DNA of 64,000 bases from Octopus sinensis (lineage: Eukaryota), in assembly GCF_006345805.1 (NCBI RefSeq), contig NC_043004.1, positions 68,200,001 through 68,264,000 on the forward strand. The letters are read 5' to 3'. The notes beneath the pieces were generated by a model. That model ran no database searches and was not told where the DNA came from. It worked only from the letters and a program-made list of their open reading frames with translations. Both the position numbers and the translations under genes were made by a program. Below, piece after piece: positions 1 to 13,280 of the stretch. Numbering within the stretch: the stretch's first letter is position 1; every line of letters starts with the position of its first letter.

Positions 1-269
1 GTGTGTGTGTATTTATGCATTTATGTGTAGGTGTATGTGTCGGTATTTTTTTTTCGTTTTTATTCTTTTATAAATTTATGAGTTCATTTTAAAAATGTAA
101 TTATATTCTAGAATTTTCCAATATTGAAATGTCCAGTTTTGAATTATACAACTATGCAAATCTGTCGTCGACCATTAAAGGAGATTTCGACATTTGATTT
201 GAACTTCTTCGGAAATTCAATGTTCTAGCTGGAGGCAAAAATTAGTGACTGCCAAGAAATATAAGCTCT

Positions 270-306
270 CAATTTTTGAAGAAGTAGCAGCAGTAGCAGC
301 AGCAGT

Positions 307-338
<32 letters not shown>

Positions 339-748
339 TAGTAGCAGTAGTAATATTAGTTGCCACTTTTTTGTTGTTGTTGTTCTTCTTCTTGCTGCTG
401 TTGTTGTGATGGTGGGGTGACAGCTGTGTTATTAGTGATAGTAAATGATGGCGGTGAAAGCGTTGGCGCTGTTGTTGTTGGTAGTAGTAGTAACAGCAGC
501 AGCAGCAGCAGTAGCAGCAGCAGCAGCAGTAAGAGGAGGAGGAGGAGGAGGAGAAGGAGGAAGAGAGTGAGAAGAAGAACAAGAATAACAAGAAGAAGAA
601 GAAGAGGAAGAAGAAGAACAAGAATAACAAGAAGAAGAAGAAGAGGAAGAACAAGAACAAGAATAACAAGAAGAATAAGAGGAAGAGGAAGAGGAAGTAG
701 AAGAAGAAGAAGAAGAAGAAGAAGAAGAAGAAGGAGTGGGAGAAGAAG

Positions 749-780
<32 letters not shown>

Positions 781-840
781 GGAGAAGGAGAAGAAGAGTA
801 AGAAGAAGAAGAGTAAGAAGAAGAAGAGTAAGAAGAAAAA
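270..840. repeat. Compound trinucleotide microsatellite (CAG/TAG, TTG, GAG, AAG/GAA)
   Basis: Visible runs of agc/agt, tgt and aga/gaa units; explains ORFs 217..669 and 360..875. Confidence 0.95.
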
Positions 841-1167
841 CGCTTATAAGAAAACTGAATTATAAATGTTGGTAGCAGCAGATGTGGTGGATGGGTTTTG
901 GTTGCAGTAGCTATGTACGCTTAGCAACGCCTGTAGACTTATAAGGTCCATAGTAATGGATGACTTTAAGGATTCAGTGCTTGTGAATTTTACTTCGCAC
1001 TCAAGTTTCGATATATTTGATATTGCCCTATATTTTGTATCAAGAAACCACTAAGTCAAATGATATATTTCAATGTCCATATATTGCTAGGAAATAATAT
1101 ATTTGGTCTAGGAACTAATAGTAGATGCTTCAGGCTTCATTCCAAACCGACAGATTGGTACTTTTAG

Positions 1168-1255
1168 ACCATTGGGTTCTCAACCCCTTTTTACCTATGG
1201 ACATATTTGATTAATATTTTTATGCTGGTAAACCCCCATAACTATTCGATGATTA
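1168..1255 (+). mobile_element. Possible 5' fragment of a hAT-type MITE
   Basis: gggttctcaacc resembles the CAGTGGTTCTCAAC-type hAT terminus; no matching right end found. Confidence 0.3.
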
Positions 1256-2399
1256 AGACGAATTTTGCCGCTACACCTTTTGCAGATTCGCCTTTCAAAA
1301 TATTGTTAACCACACATTCACTTGTGAACGCTCAGACATGGTAACCATCAGGGAACATAACGAAGCTGTCTCTTGCAATAAGTACATGTAAATCAAACTA
1401 TTTTACATGAACCCATCAAATACTACTGTTGACTCAATTATCTATTTTGCTTGTGTGAACCCAAGAACTTTTATATGGTCTCCAGTTGTAGACCACAACA
1501 ATTTTAGACGATTGACAGTTGTCAAATTCGTTGGAAAATCAGGAATAACATCACCAATTTGCAGCAGGGAAACGGGGAAAAAGCATATTATTTTGACACC
1601 ATACCGTTCTAAAGCGCTGCAGATAGATATATGTACTTAAGTATATAATTGAGTACTTTTTTAACATAACAGGAATGGTCAGTGATTCATAAATCCCATT
1701 GGAATAAATAATGCGCTTCTTCTAGATATATAGAGAATCTCTGCCTCAACGATTGAATTTAGATTCTATAAATTTTAGTATATGTTCTATCATACTTTTA
1801 ATACCAAAGTTTCACCTGTTCTGTAGAATTTAGGACTTTTATGAAAGCAATCTTATTTCTGTTATCGATCGATATATTCCTTTAAACAAAGAAAATGTTT
1901 TTGTAGAAGAATAGAGAATACGCCTAAATATGAACGCTTAATCAACTTATGTATATATTCAATTCATGATCTCATATCCATCACTGTACATATTTCATCT
2001 CAATACTTATGAGTTTTTGTATGTTTATTAATAGCACCCCAGACATGAGCAATTACCTCCCCTATTCCGAGTAAAATTATCTTCACTTCTCTTCCCTTAG
2101 ATTTCTCTGCTTGTCAATTCATTCACAAGCTTTCATACAAGGACATGGACTAATATTGAAATAGAAATTTCAATAATTTCAATGTCATGATTTGCAAAAG
2201 CTAAACCGGTCGACAGCCACAATACTCGTTCATTCAAAATATATTAAAACTATGTAAACTCTGTGCATTTTCCCTCTTTTATTTTATAGAAATATTTTTT
2301 TATATTACAACTCACCACGTGGGGATAATTGAAATTCTCACCCTCCTTTTTCTTACTATATATATTATATATATATATATATTATATATATATATATAT

Positions 2400-3565
2400 C
2401 AAATACACATTAAGTACAGGACATCACCAACGAGTGAAAATACGTTAACACACGAGAGAAATGTACAGGATGAAATAACAAAGGAAGATAATTCGCTCAT
2501 CAGTTGTCACTGTTTATTACTCTTTATTTCGTGCTTATATGTATGTATGTATATTGGAAAGTGCAGATGCTTAACAAAGAGAATTACATGATAAATGAAA
2601 AGAATCCACAAATAATTAGACACACCGGCGGTTGTCGACAGAAAAAAAGAAGAATGTCACCACCTGAAATTAATTCTCCTTGTGGCAGCATATTCCTCGT
2701 ACATACACACATACGTACATTCATATTACTTGCATACATATATACTTTATAAGTACATATATGTATTTGTGTGTGTGCGTGTGTCTACGGAATGAGATGA
2801 CAACCGAAAAAACGACGTTCTAATGATCTTTATTAGCTATCAGTTGTATCTGCTATACCATACGGTGCCCTCATATTTGAATGCCTGCGTAACGCCTTAC
2901 AGAAGTGCAATTTATATGCGAAAACAGTTACTTTTATGCATATATATATATATATATATGCATATATATATAATATATATATATATATAATATATATATA
3001 TATATTATATATATAATATATATCAAATACCATTAAGTACAGGACATCACCAACGAGTGAAAATACGTTAACACACGAGAGAAATGTACAGGATGAAATA
3101 ACAAAGGAAGATAATTCGCTCATCAGTTGTCACTGTTTATTACTCTTTATTTCGTGCTTATATGTATGTATGTATATTGGAAAGTGCAGATGCTTAACAA
3201 AGAGAATTACATGATAAATGAAAAGAATCCACAAATAATTAGACACACCGGCGGTTGTCGACAGAAAAAAAGAAGAATGTCACCACCTGAAATTAATTCT
3301 CCTTGTGGCAGCATATTCCTCGTACATACACACATACGTACATTCATATTACTTGCATACATATATACTTATATAAGTACATATATGTATTTGTGTGTGT
3401 GCGTGTGTCTACGGAAATGAGATGACAACCGAAAAAACGACGTTCTAATGATCTTTATTAGCTATCAGTTGTATCTGCTATACCATACGGTGCCCTCATA
3501 TTTGAATGCCTGCGTAACGCCTTACAGAAGTGCAATTTATATGCGAAAACAGTTACTTTTATGCA
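2400..3565. repeat. Tandem duplication, ~624-bp period (unique parts 2400-2940 and 3024-3565) joined by (TA)n
   Basis: Direct comparison: I found three 1-nt indels and no substitutions; ORFs 2504 and 3127 translate identically over most of their length. Confidence 0.95.
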
Positions 3566-3581
3566 TATATATATATATATA

Positions 3582-3652
<71 letters not shown>

Positions 3653-4057
3653 GTACATGTATATACATGTATATACATATATATATGTATATGTATATAT
3701 GTTCATTCGTATATACGTTTATATTTATATTATGTCTACATATATACACATACACACACGCACTACACAAAGACACAAATACATGTAGGTATGCTTATAT
3801 ATATATATAAGGAAAATAACATTCACCCATTATACCTACATGTCAATTTTTCAGGTTTTGGCTAAGTTACTGTCTACATTTAATTATATTATTCCATTGG
3901 TTTGTTTGCGGATGCATTTTTTTCATTTCTATTTGCCTTTACATCGTTTAATATTTATATCCTCCGCCAATGAAAATGCTAATTCGTTTGCCCTTCCTCA
4001 TTTTCTCTTATTCTCCGGCGACTTCGAGTCCTGATTATCATTGTTATTAAGGTTGTG

Positions 4058-4270
4058 AAGGTGGCGAGATGGCAGAATCGGTAGCATATCGTGCGAAATG
4101 CTTAGCGGTATTTCGTCTGCCGCTACGTTCTGAGTTCAAATTCCGCCGATGTCGACTTTGCCTTTCATCAATCGGGGTAGATTAAATAAGTACCAGTTAC
4201 GCACTGGGGTCGAAGTAATCGACTTAATCCACCTGTCTGTATATAATCGACTTCATCCATTTGTCTGTAA
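4058..4270 (+). mobile_element. SINE family A (tRNA-like head, conserved central domain)
   Basis: ggcgag.tggcagaatcg.tagc head; gagttcaaattcc B-box-like motif; gtcgactttgcctttcatc...gggt.gat.aaataagtaccag body, recurring more than 20 times in the window. Confidence 0.85.
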
Positions 4271-4489
4271 AAATCTGGGTGATTGTGACAATGATTGCTA
4301 CAATGGCGACGCATGAAACTGTAGCAACTATTGGGAGAGATCACGGTGCGGTTGATGGTCAGGATAATCCGCGATCAGCGTTGATTCTCGTTGTTGTTGT
4401 TATTTTTATTATTAATATGATTATTATCATTATCATCATAATCATTACAAACATCAACGCCATCATGATGACCATCAACAAGAGTGGTA

Positions 4490-4516
4490 GTAGAAGTAGT
4501 AGTGGTAGTAGTAGTA

Positions 4517-4566
<50 letters not shown>

Positions 4567-5095
4567 ATAATAGTAGTAATAGCAGCAGCAGCAGCAGTCG
4601 TAGTTGTAGTAGTAGCAGCAGCAGCAGTCGTAGTAGTAGACGAAGACGACAGAAACATTAGGACGACTTACATTCGGACTGGAAATCTTACCGGGGTCAA
4701 CTTTGCCTTTCATTCTTTCTGCCTGGAAACAATTCAATACCTGTTGAGCAAAGCTATTAATTCCCCGAGATTTACTGGCCTAGTGCCAACATTTAATGCC
4801 ACCAACAGCACCACCACCATCATCCTCATCATCATCATCATGATATTATTATTATTATCATCATCACCATCATTATTATTATTATTATAAAAATAATAAT
4901 AATAATTATTATTATTATTATTATTATTAGTAGTAGTAGTATTATTATTATTAATATTATTATTATTAATATTATCATTATTATTACTATTATTAGTATT
5001 ATCATTATTATTACTATTATTATTAATATTATCATTACTATTAATATTATTATTATTATTATTATTATCATTATTATCATTATTATTATTATTTA
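4490..5095. repeat. (TAG)n/(CAG)n and (ATT)n microsatellites with a decayed family A SINE at ~4655-4790
   Basis: Visible repeats; ggggtcaactttgcctttcattc family A motif near 4695. Confidence 0.85.
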
Positions 5096-5339
5096 CTTTT
5101 ATAATTTGCTTTTTGAACAAATTATATCATTAATCATTTTAGCACTGAAATAAGTTCACGACAACATAGATTACCCATCTTTCCAAACGATAACTATATG
5201 GTTATTAATTTCTCAATTTATGCTGAGAATTAACGTCACGCGTTTTGGACGAAGTGCATCTCTAATGTGAAAATGTGTATTGAAGCGTAATAAATCACTA
5301 CTAGACACATACACAGTAAAATACATGCGCCTGCAGACC

Positions 5340-5401
5340 TTCTATATACATACGTACATACAAACGCATATATATATATATATATTATATATATATATAT
5401 C

Positions 5402-5443
<42 letters not shown>

Positions 5444-5510
5444 TAATATATATATAATATATATATATATATGTACGTATATATATGTCTGTGTGTTGTT
5501 GTGTTCTATG

Positions 5511-5545
<35 letters not shown>

Positions 5546-5806
5546 ATACACATACATGCATATACGTATATTATATAATATATGCTTAAGCGTAAACATA
5601 CATAAATTTATAAAAATTCATATATGTATATATGTGTAGATATATGTATATTCGTATGATTATACATGCATATATATGTGTGTGTGTGTGTGTGTGCGAG
5701 TGAGTGTGTGTGTCTTTGTGTATACACGTACATATATAAACACTTTTATGCATATATATATATATAACCATATATATAGATATATATATATATATAAACA
5801 TATATA

Positions 5807-5853
<47 letters not shown>

Positions 5854-6010
5854 TATATTTATATATATTTATATATATATACATATATTTTATAAACATA
5901 TATATATATGCATGTATCTACATGTGCAGCTACTTACATATATACACGCATCTATATAAATGCATATATATATATATACATATACATATACATGTGCATA
6001 TGCATATATA
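5340..6010. repeat. (TA)n/(TG)n compound microsatellite
   Basis: Direct inspection. Confidence 0.95.
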
Positions 6011-6395
6011 CCAAGTAGATATGTTAGCAAGATGTCAAAACTTCCCCAATAAAAAACCAAGGAGAAGCAATATCATACAAAATATAAAAGAAAGAAAATA
6101 ACCAAAAAATGGAAAAAAAGCAAACAAAAAAAAGCAGGAAAGACATAAGAAAATATAACAGCAATGAATATGACAAGCTAACGACGCAGAACAAAATTAG
6201 TGTAAATGCTTGGTTGAAATTAAGTCTAGTGTGGTTAATTTTAAAGTCTCTTGGAGAGGAGAATACAGCGCAAGTCAGGAAATATGACGAAAACGTGTAA
6301 CAGCTACATAATAAAATATAAAGTTAATAAATGCATAAAATATATTGATAACCTCAAGACAAGATTTTTTCTTATTTTCTTTTTTCAATTCACAT

Positions 6396-6446
<51 letters not shown>

Positions 6447-7020
6447 TTCATTTTTAAATATGTCATATTAAAAAAGGTCAAGAGATTGGAAATTCTAATT
6501 GAGATAAATATGCTTAGGCATATACTTTTAGTGTTTTATTATCTCCCTTGCGTGGTACTCTCCATTTCCGTTTGTCTTCAGACATGTTTTAAATTACGAA
6601 GAACAAGATGTAACATGGCTACGATGCAACCTTACTCTTCTACCCTTTCCACCATCCTTCGTAGCAACACTTCTTTTCTTGTAGTTCTTGTTCGTTTCAA
6701 TTCATTTAATGTTTGCTTTATACGTCTTTCAACTTACTCCTGCTATTTTGTTAGTTTTCGTTATACCTCCTCCCCTTGTCTTGTGCTTAGCAGTTTTGTA
6801 GCTTTTCTCTTTCTACATATTCGTTTTCTTCCCCCTCTTCTCTTTCCCTTCGTCTTATTTCTTTCATTTATAATCGTTATTTTTATCTTAGCCTCTTGGA
6901 AGAGTCTATCACTTCTTATCTTGTATCTTCCACGTTTAGATTTTACTTCCACTAAAAATATAGCGATTACTATTATTATTATTATCGTTGTTGTTGTTGT
7001 TATTATTATTATTATTATTA

Positions 7021-7060
<40 letters not shown>

Positions 7061-7133
7061 CATCATCATCATTTTTATTGTCGTTGTTGTTGTTGTTAAT
7101 ATTATTATTATTATTATTAACATCATCACTATT

Positions 7134-7692
7134 GAGTGATAGAGTAGTGCATACCATCAAAGTGACACTGGGGTAAAATATACGAAGCCCAGTAAACACA
7201 TCATGACTACTCGTCTGATAAGGGTACACCAGGCACTTGTATCACAACCATATGTGCACGACATGGTGACATCATATCAAGATAAACAGCACATGACCTT
7301 GCTAGTGGGGCCCAGTTAGAATTTTCTTCTGGTCGAGTAACGCATCTCACTCAAAAGGTCCTTCAATAAGGGTTATTTAAGGATGTTGAACGAAACACCC
7401 ATGTTTACAGAGTTGAATTATTCAAACCCCCTAAGAATCCCTCTCAACACATGGCTATGATACTCCCCCACTACTTCTGCTCGAGATCAGAGATGCACAT
7501 ATCGTCAGCCACTAAGGGACATGATCAACTGGTTAAGGTCAAACAACTGACAAGCAGATTTATGGCATTGAGCAGAATATTTGCTGTAGCCCATCTTTTA
7601 TACCAAGACAAAATGATGTACATGATAACACTTCCAAACATGTAACATCAGAAGCCATGAGAGCCAGTGACTTGTACGGCATCAGGGCATTT
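7134..7692. mobile_element. Family D interspersed element, copy 1 (~560 bp, flanked by (ATT)n)
   Basis: Aligns over its full length with 7882-8442 and with reverse-complement copies at 43415-43920 and 43967-44485; no ORF, TIR or tRNA head seen; sense strand unknown. Confidence 0.85.
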
Positions 7693-7705
7693 ATTATTAT
7701 TATTA

Positions 7706-7753
<48 letters not shown>

Positions 7754-7802
7754 CTATCATCATTATTATAATTATTATTGTTTTTATTATCATTATCATT
7801 AC

Positions 7803-7862
<60 letters not shown>

Positions 7863-7881
7863 TACTGCTATTATTATTATT

Positions 7882-8442
7882 GAGTGAGATAACAGCGCAT
7901 GCCATCAAAGTGACACTGGGGTAAAATATACGAAGCCCAGTATACCCATCATGACTACCCTTCTGATAAGGGTACACCAGGCACATGCATCACAACCATA
8001 TGTGCGCGACCTGGTGATCTCATATCAAGATCAACAGCACATGACCTTGCGGGTGGGGCCCAGATAGAATTTTCTTCTGGTCGAGTAACCCATATCACTC
8101 AAAAGGTCCTTGAATAAGGGTTGTTTAAGGATGTTAAATAAAACACCCATGTTTCCAGAGGTGAATTATTTAACCCCCAAAGAATCATCGCTCTCAACAC
8201 ATGGCTATGATGCGCCCCCACTATTTCTACTCGTCATCAGAGATGCACATATCGTCAGCCACTAAGGGACATGATCAACTGGTTAAGGTCAAACAACTGA
8301 CAAGCAAATCTGTGGTATTGAACAGAAGATTTGCTGTAGCCCATCTGTTATACCAAGACAAAATAATGTACTTGATTACACTTCCAATCAGTTAAGATCA
8401 GAAGCCATGAGAGCCACTGCCTGGTACTGCATCAGAGCATTT
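7882..8442. mobile_element. Family D element, copy 2 (tandem with copy 1 via an (ATT)n spacer)
   Basis: Same start (gagtga...gccatcaaagtgacactggggtaaaatatacgaagcccagt) and end (gcatcag.gcattt) as copy 1. Confidence 0.85.
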
Positions 8443-8479
8443 ATCATTATTATTATTATTATTTTTATTATTATAATTA

Positions 8480-8546
<67 letters not shown>

Positions 8547-8849
8547 TACTATTACTATTACTATTATTATTATTATTATTATTACTACAATTTTTCTTAT
8601 ATTATTACGTATGTTATATGCATTGCCTATTTTCATCCTTTCCCAGGAATTATCATAATAATTGTATGACTAAGATTGTTTAAATAGTTTATCTCCTTAG
8701 TTACCTGATCTGTAGTATACAGGCGGTGGAGACGGGCAAACATGTATTTCCATTTCTGTGATATAATAGGGAAATTACACCTACATCTTATTAAGAACAA
8801 GACACAATTAACATAGCTCGTGTTCATGTGTATATGTATGCATATATAT

Positions 8850-8881
<32 letters not shown>

Positions 8882-9431
8882 ACTAGCAGCTAAGCCCGGT
8901 TTCACCCGGTCTGTTTGGGTAATGTGGCTGTGATCGTTTTCGGTTAGACATAAGTGAATGAAAATTAAGTTCAGACCAGTACATGGTACATAGACCTGGT
9001 ATAAATAGCAGCCAATTCTCCATCAAAACTCCCTACTGTCTTAATCCGACAATTTTGCCTATTATGTAGTTTCATTGAGAAACTAACTAAAGATTAAGAT
9101 TATTAACTCCTCAAAGAGGTGAAAGAAGAGAGACAGTATAGCGAAAGTTTTGGCTGACTAACATCTTGTTGCTAGCGAAATGGTATATGCCGGCTGTGAA
9201 AGCAATTAGTTGGTGTAATGGCAGAACAAACAGGGGAATTCCATTAGAAAAGTTTTAATCCATTTTCTCAATAGGTATAGGGGCTAGGAAAAGATACAAA
9301 CCGCATTCCAATCTATGCATCCTTCTCCACAAGTGTGCCATTTTTCACACGAATCCACCCAGCCGTTCGGCTGTAAACCTCAAGACAAGAAAGAATACAA
9401 CGATTGCCCATGTCCAACTTATATTAGAGAT
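8882..9431 (+). mobile_element. Non-autonomous Helitron-like element (Lep1/HINE-type architecture)
   Basis: 5' actagcagctaagcccggtttcacccgg and 3' atccacccagccgttcggctgtaaa...ttatattagagat match the terminal pattern of invertebrate non-autonomous Helitrons (from recall); between (TA)-rich flanks. Confidence 0.6.
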
Positions 9432-9454
9432 ATGTATATATATACATACATTAT

Positions 9455-9518
<64 letters not shown>

Positions 9519-9673
9519 GATAGAGTGACAGGGAGACAGAGAGCAGGAGGGATTGACATAAATAAATAGGTAGGTAGGTATGTAGGTATGTTGCTAGAAA
9601 TGTACGTACGTACGTATATAGGCAAACACGTAGGTAGATAAAGGAATAGATAGATAGAAATGTAGACTGATAG

Positions 9674-9704
<31 letters not shown>

Positions 9705-9873
9705 GGTAGATAGATAGTTAGACAGATAGAGAGAGAGATAGATAAATAGCTTTTCAAAAGTAAAGCGACATAATGATGTAATGGAGAAACTTATTCAAGC
9801 TGGCTCAATCTTCTAGAAAGAGTAACACACAAACACACCCAATCACGAAACATTGAGACATCAGATAATATTT

Positions 9874-9945
<72 letters not shown>

Positions 9946-11935
9946 TGCTCAGTAAAACGTTGCAACGGTCACGCTTGGAATATTTACGTTCATAGGTCTG
10001 CTACAATATGCTTGAGTTCGGGCTCAAATCTAGTGACAACCTCAAGTGCAACAACAACTGATATAAAATTATAAAGATAATTTAACATGTCAGGGAGATA
10101 CATTTATTCCTGGGTCTGCTTAATTTATCATTATATTTCGCCTATTAATTATTCATAGTCTGTCTTCGTCCTCCATCCTTTCTTCAAGTAATTGCCATCG
10201 TAAACTCTGTCTTTTTTCCCCGTTTAAAGACATCTTAATCACGTGATCACTGACATTATTTACTTCTACTTTCACTTTTATGATTTTCGTCGTTTTGTCT
10301 CTTTTCTTTCTTATTTTTCTCCTTATATTATTTTAGTTATTTCTTTTTTTTTTTTTTGTAAATCACATAATGATTAAGCTAATTTCTATATCCGAAATTT
10401 TGTGGTCCCCTCATCAATCTGTCAGTTTACAAACCCACCCAACTATGATTCCCATTAATAGCATCATCTTCTTTTTCTTCTTCTTCATCCTCCTCCTCCA
10501 CTCCTTCTTCTTCGTCGCCATAATCTCTTCTATTTTCTCTTATGGTGCTCCGCATCCTATTTTTTCTCCATCTTTGTCTTCTTTCGTTCCACCTCATCAT
10601 CTTTCCCTCCCTTCCTCCTCCCCTTCATCTTACTTCTATGCCTACTCCTCATTCTCTATCTTCTCTTACTCCCCCTCGTCTTCCTTCTTCCTCGTCATAA
10701 TCATCTGTATCGCTTTCATTAATCATCGTGGTAATAAACATTATCATTACCAACAATACCATCAATTACATCAACAACAACAACAACAACAACAAAAACA
10801 ACAACAAAAGAGGTAGCAGCAGTAGCAACAATGACAACAAAAGCAACAACGGTAGCGCAGCAGCAGCAGCAGTGACAACAACAACAAAAACAAATACAAC
10901 AACAACAACACGTGTCAATTATCATCACTTTTTGGACACCTATTACAAATTCTAATATCGAAAATCCGTCGCCGCAGTCACAAAGACGTGTGTCACCGTT
11001 TAATACTACTACTACCACTGCCACCTTAACCACAACTACTACTACTACCACTGCCACCACAACTACAACTGCTGCTACAACTAACATAAACAACAAAAGC
11101 AACAAGCATGATCGTATCCACTTGCCTCTTCTAATTTCATCAATAGCCTGGCACTGTTCCGTGTGGTCCATATTCTTTGTCACCACAAAGGATTGAGAGA
11201 TTACATTCTCTCTTAAGAAAGAAATCAGTTTTATTAGCTTCTGGAAGATTTGTAGTGCAACGGTATATGTGGCGGCATGATAATATTTAAAGAATGAACT
11301 GTGAGCACTTCCACATTATAATACACTACAATAGATCTACAGGTAAGTGGGTAAACTGAAGTACTTCACCGAGTGAAGACCATACCTTGGAATGGCCCAT
11401 AGCATAGCACCCGTTCAGCTAGCCTAAGAGGGATAGGTTGATGTCATGGGACTAAAGAGGTAGCTGAAGAACTCATCTAAGCAGACAGCGATGTTATCAT
11501 TACTGTATCACGGTAATGTTATCAAAAACTGTCACTGTCTTCACCATGAGATCACATCAAAATATTATTCTGCATTTACCTTAGAAATAAATAAGGGGCG
11601 AAGTTATATGACATTTTTTCAAGACAGCTCTTTCTCTATATATTGATTATTTCCGTAAAAGTGAGTATATACGATTGAATCGACCTCTGAGCTATCGGTT
11701 CTTTCATACATTCAACAATCGAAAGTGATAGAAGGCAGGGTTGACATCAATGAGATTTTACACAAGATACGAACCCTCTACGTTATTGTGCGCATCTACA
11801 TTATTCAAAGTAAAGCTGCATACTCTACTCTACTTTCCATAATAAACTACCTGCTACCCAACCACCCCACATTAGGATACATTCCACATTTATCTGTTGT
11901 TCAGTCAAGCCTTATTCAATATTTTGGTAACATTG

Positions 11936-12309
11936 GTGCAGGGGTGGCTGTGTGGTAAGTAGCTTGCTTACCAACCTCATGGTTCCGGGTTCATTCCCAC
12001 TGCGTGGCAACTTGGGCCGACCAAATCTTTGTGAGTGGATTTGGTAGACGGAAACTGAAAGACGCCCGTCGTATATATGTATATGTATGTATGTGTGTGT
12101 GTTTGTCCCTCCAACATCGCTTATCAACCGATGCTGGTGTGTTTACGTCCCCGTAACTTAGCGGTTCGGCAAAAAGACCGATAGAATAAGTACTAGGCTT
12201 CCAAAGAATAAGTACTAAGGTCGATTTGCTCGACTAAAAGGCGGTGCTCCAACATGGTCGTAGTGAAATGTCTGAAACATGTAAAGAGTAAAAGAGTAAA
12301 AGAGAAAAG
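11936..12309 (+). mobile_element. SINE family B (tRNA-derived head, internal microsatellite, (AAAGAGT)n-like tail)
   Basis: gtggctgtgtggtaag A-box-like and ggttc B-box-like motifs; body gtgagtggatttggtagacggaaactgaaag; tail aaagagtaaaagagtaaaagag; homologous copies at 17330 and 36806. Confidence 0.85.
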
Positions 12310-12520
12310 TGGGCGGCGAGCTAGAGTAATCGTTAGCACATCGGGTAAAAGTCTGAGTGGAATTTCATCCGTTTTTACTTTCAAATCCAGCCAGACCGAT
12401 ATTGCTTTTCATTCATTCGGGGATCGATAAAATAGGTACCAGTTGAATACTGAGGTCAATGTAAATGACTTACCTCCTCCTTCAACTTGATGGCCTTGTG
12501 CCCAAAATTGAAATCAATAC
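12310..12520 (+). mobile_element. SINE family A, degenerate, directly after the family B tail
   Basis: gggcggcgagctag head and ttttcattcattcggggatcgataaaataggtaccag body. Confidence 0.7.
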
Positions 12521-12699
12521 TTTGGTTATTCATCAAGTTAAAACAGAAGCAGTCTAGCTTTTAAAATAGTAGCAATCGTGTTGCACAGTTTGAAGCCACC
12601 TTTCTGCCAGTTCTCCCATTGGTAACCAGTTCTTGTCATTTCAAGCGATGTACTCTTTCACTGAAGTTTCTGCCGCTTCTTCAGGAGTGCAAAGAGCGT

Positions 12700-13280
12700 C
12701 TGAAGTGCAGGAAAAGAGCCATGATTAGAAACACCAAATAATCCGAGCGAGGTATTTTTTCCGCAATCCTATCCTGCATAAGCAGTAGTTAATCAAGGGC
12801 CATCTTTTGGAACCTGTTACTAAATATGGGCGTTTCGAACACAAGGTGATGCTCTGAGTCTGGTGGAATCATGAGGAGATGACTTGCTGCGAGTTGGTTC
12901 TGAATAATCGATCTGTCGGTGTTAATCAGTACTCCGAACAGCAGGGTCCGATGCATGCATTTGTGCAGGAAAAGTACCCAGCATTGGTTAATATAAAGTG
13001 ATCCCTTTAGCAAGAAGACAACAGGCATGGAATAAACTCCAGGAACTAAGGGAATTGAAATAATGCCAGCATACAGTCAGGACCAAGCTTCCACGAATTA
13101 TTAGTTGTTTCGATCCCGTCTAACATCCTGCGCTCGTGCCACTTCGAGACCAAGTAGAAGTCACACCTACAGTGAAAGAGTTCTTAACCTCGATGAACAA
13201 AAACTGGTATCAGCGGAAGATGAAAGAAATGACAGGGAACTGGCTTCAGGCGGTGCCGCACGATGGCCTCCACTTTGTAT
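12700..13280 (+). pseudogene. Degenerate mariner (Tc1/mariner) transposase, catalytic-domain fragment
   Basis: Manual translation across stops and frameshifts: YFFRNP..KQ*LIKG, KVML*VWWN..E..CELV, EKYPALVN...QEDN, PAYSQDQASTNY*LFRS (cf. YSPDLAPSDYHLFRS), VKEFLTSMNKNWYQRKMKEMTGNWLQAV..DGLHF; these match canonical mariner motifs in the correct order. Confidence 0.85.

Noticed and set aside
840-2300. Unique AT-rich stretch with short open frames (e.g. ORF 1407..1640)
   Set aside because: All frames examined have frequent stops and no recognisable motif.
2490-2505. CTGATGA on the minus strand inside the tandem duplication (possible retrozyme)
   Set aside because: No stem II or GAAA follows.
7134-7692. 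CTGATAAG / CTGACGA motifs in family D as hammerhead cores
   Set aside because: No stem II plus GAAA arrangement follows on either strand.
11250-11348. Perfect donor CAG|GTAAGT at 11341-11348
   Set aside because: The best upstream acceptor gives stops in all frames; no supporting exon.
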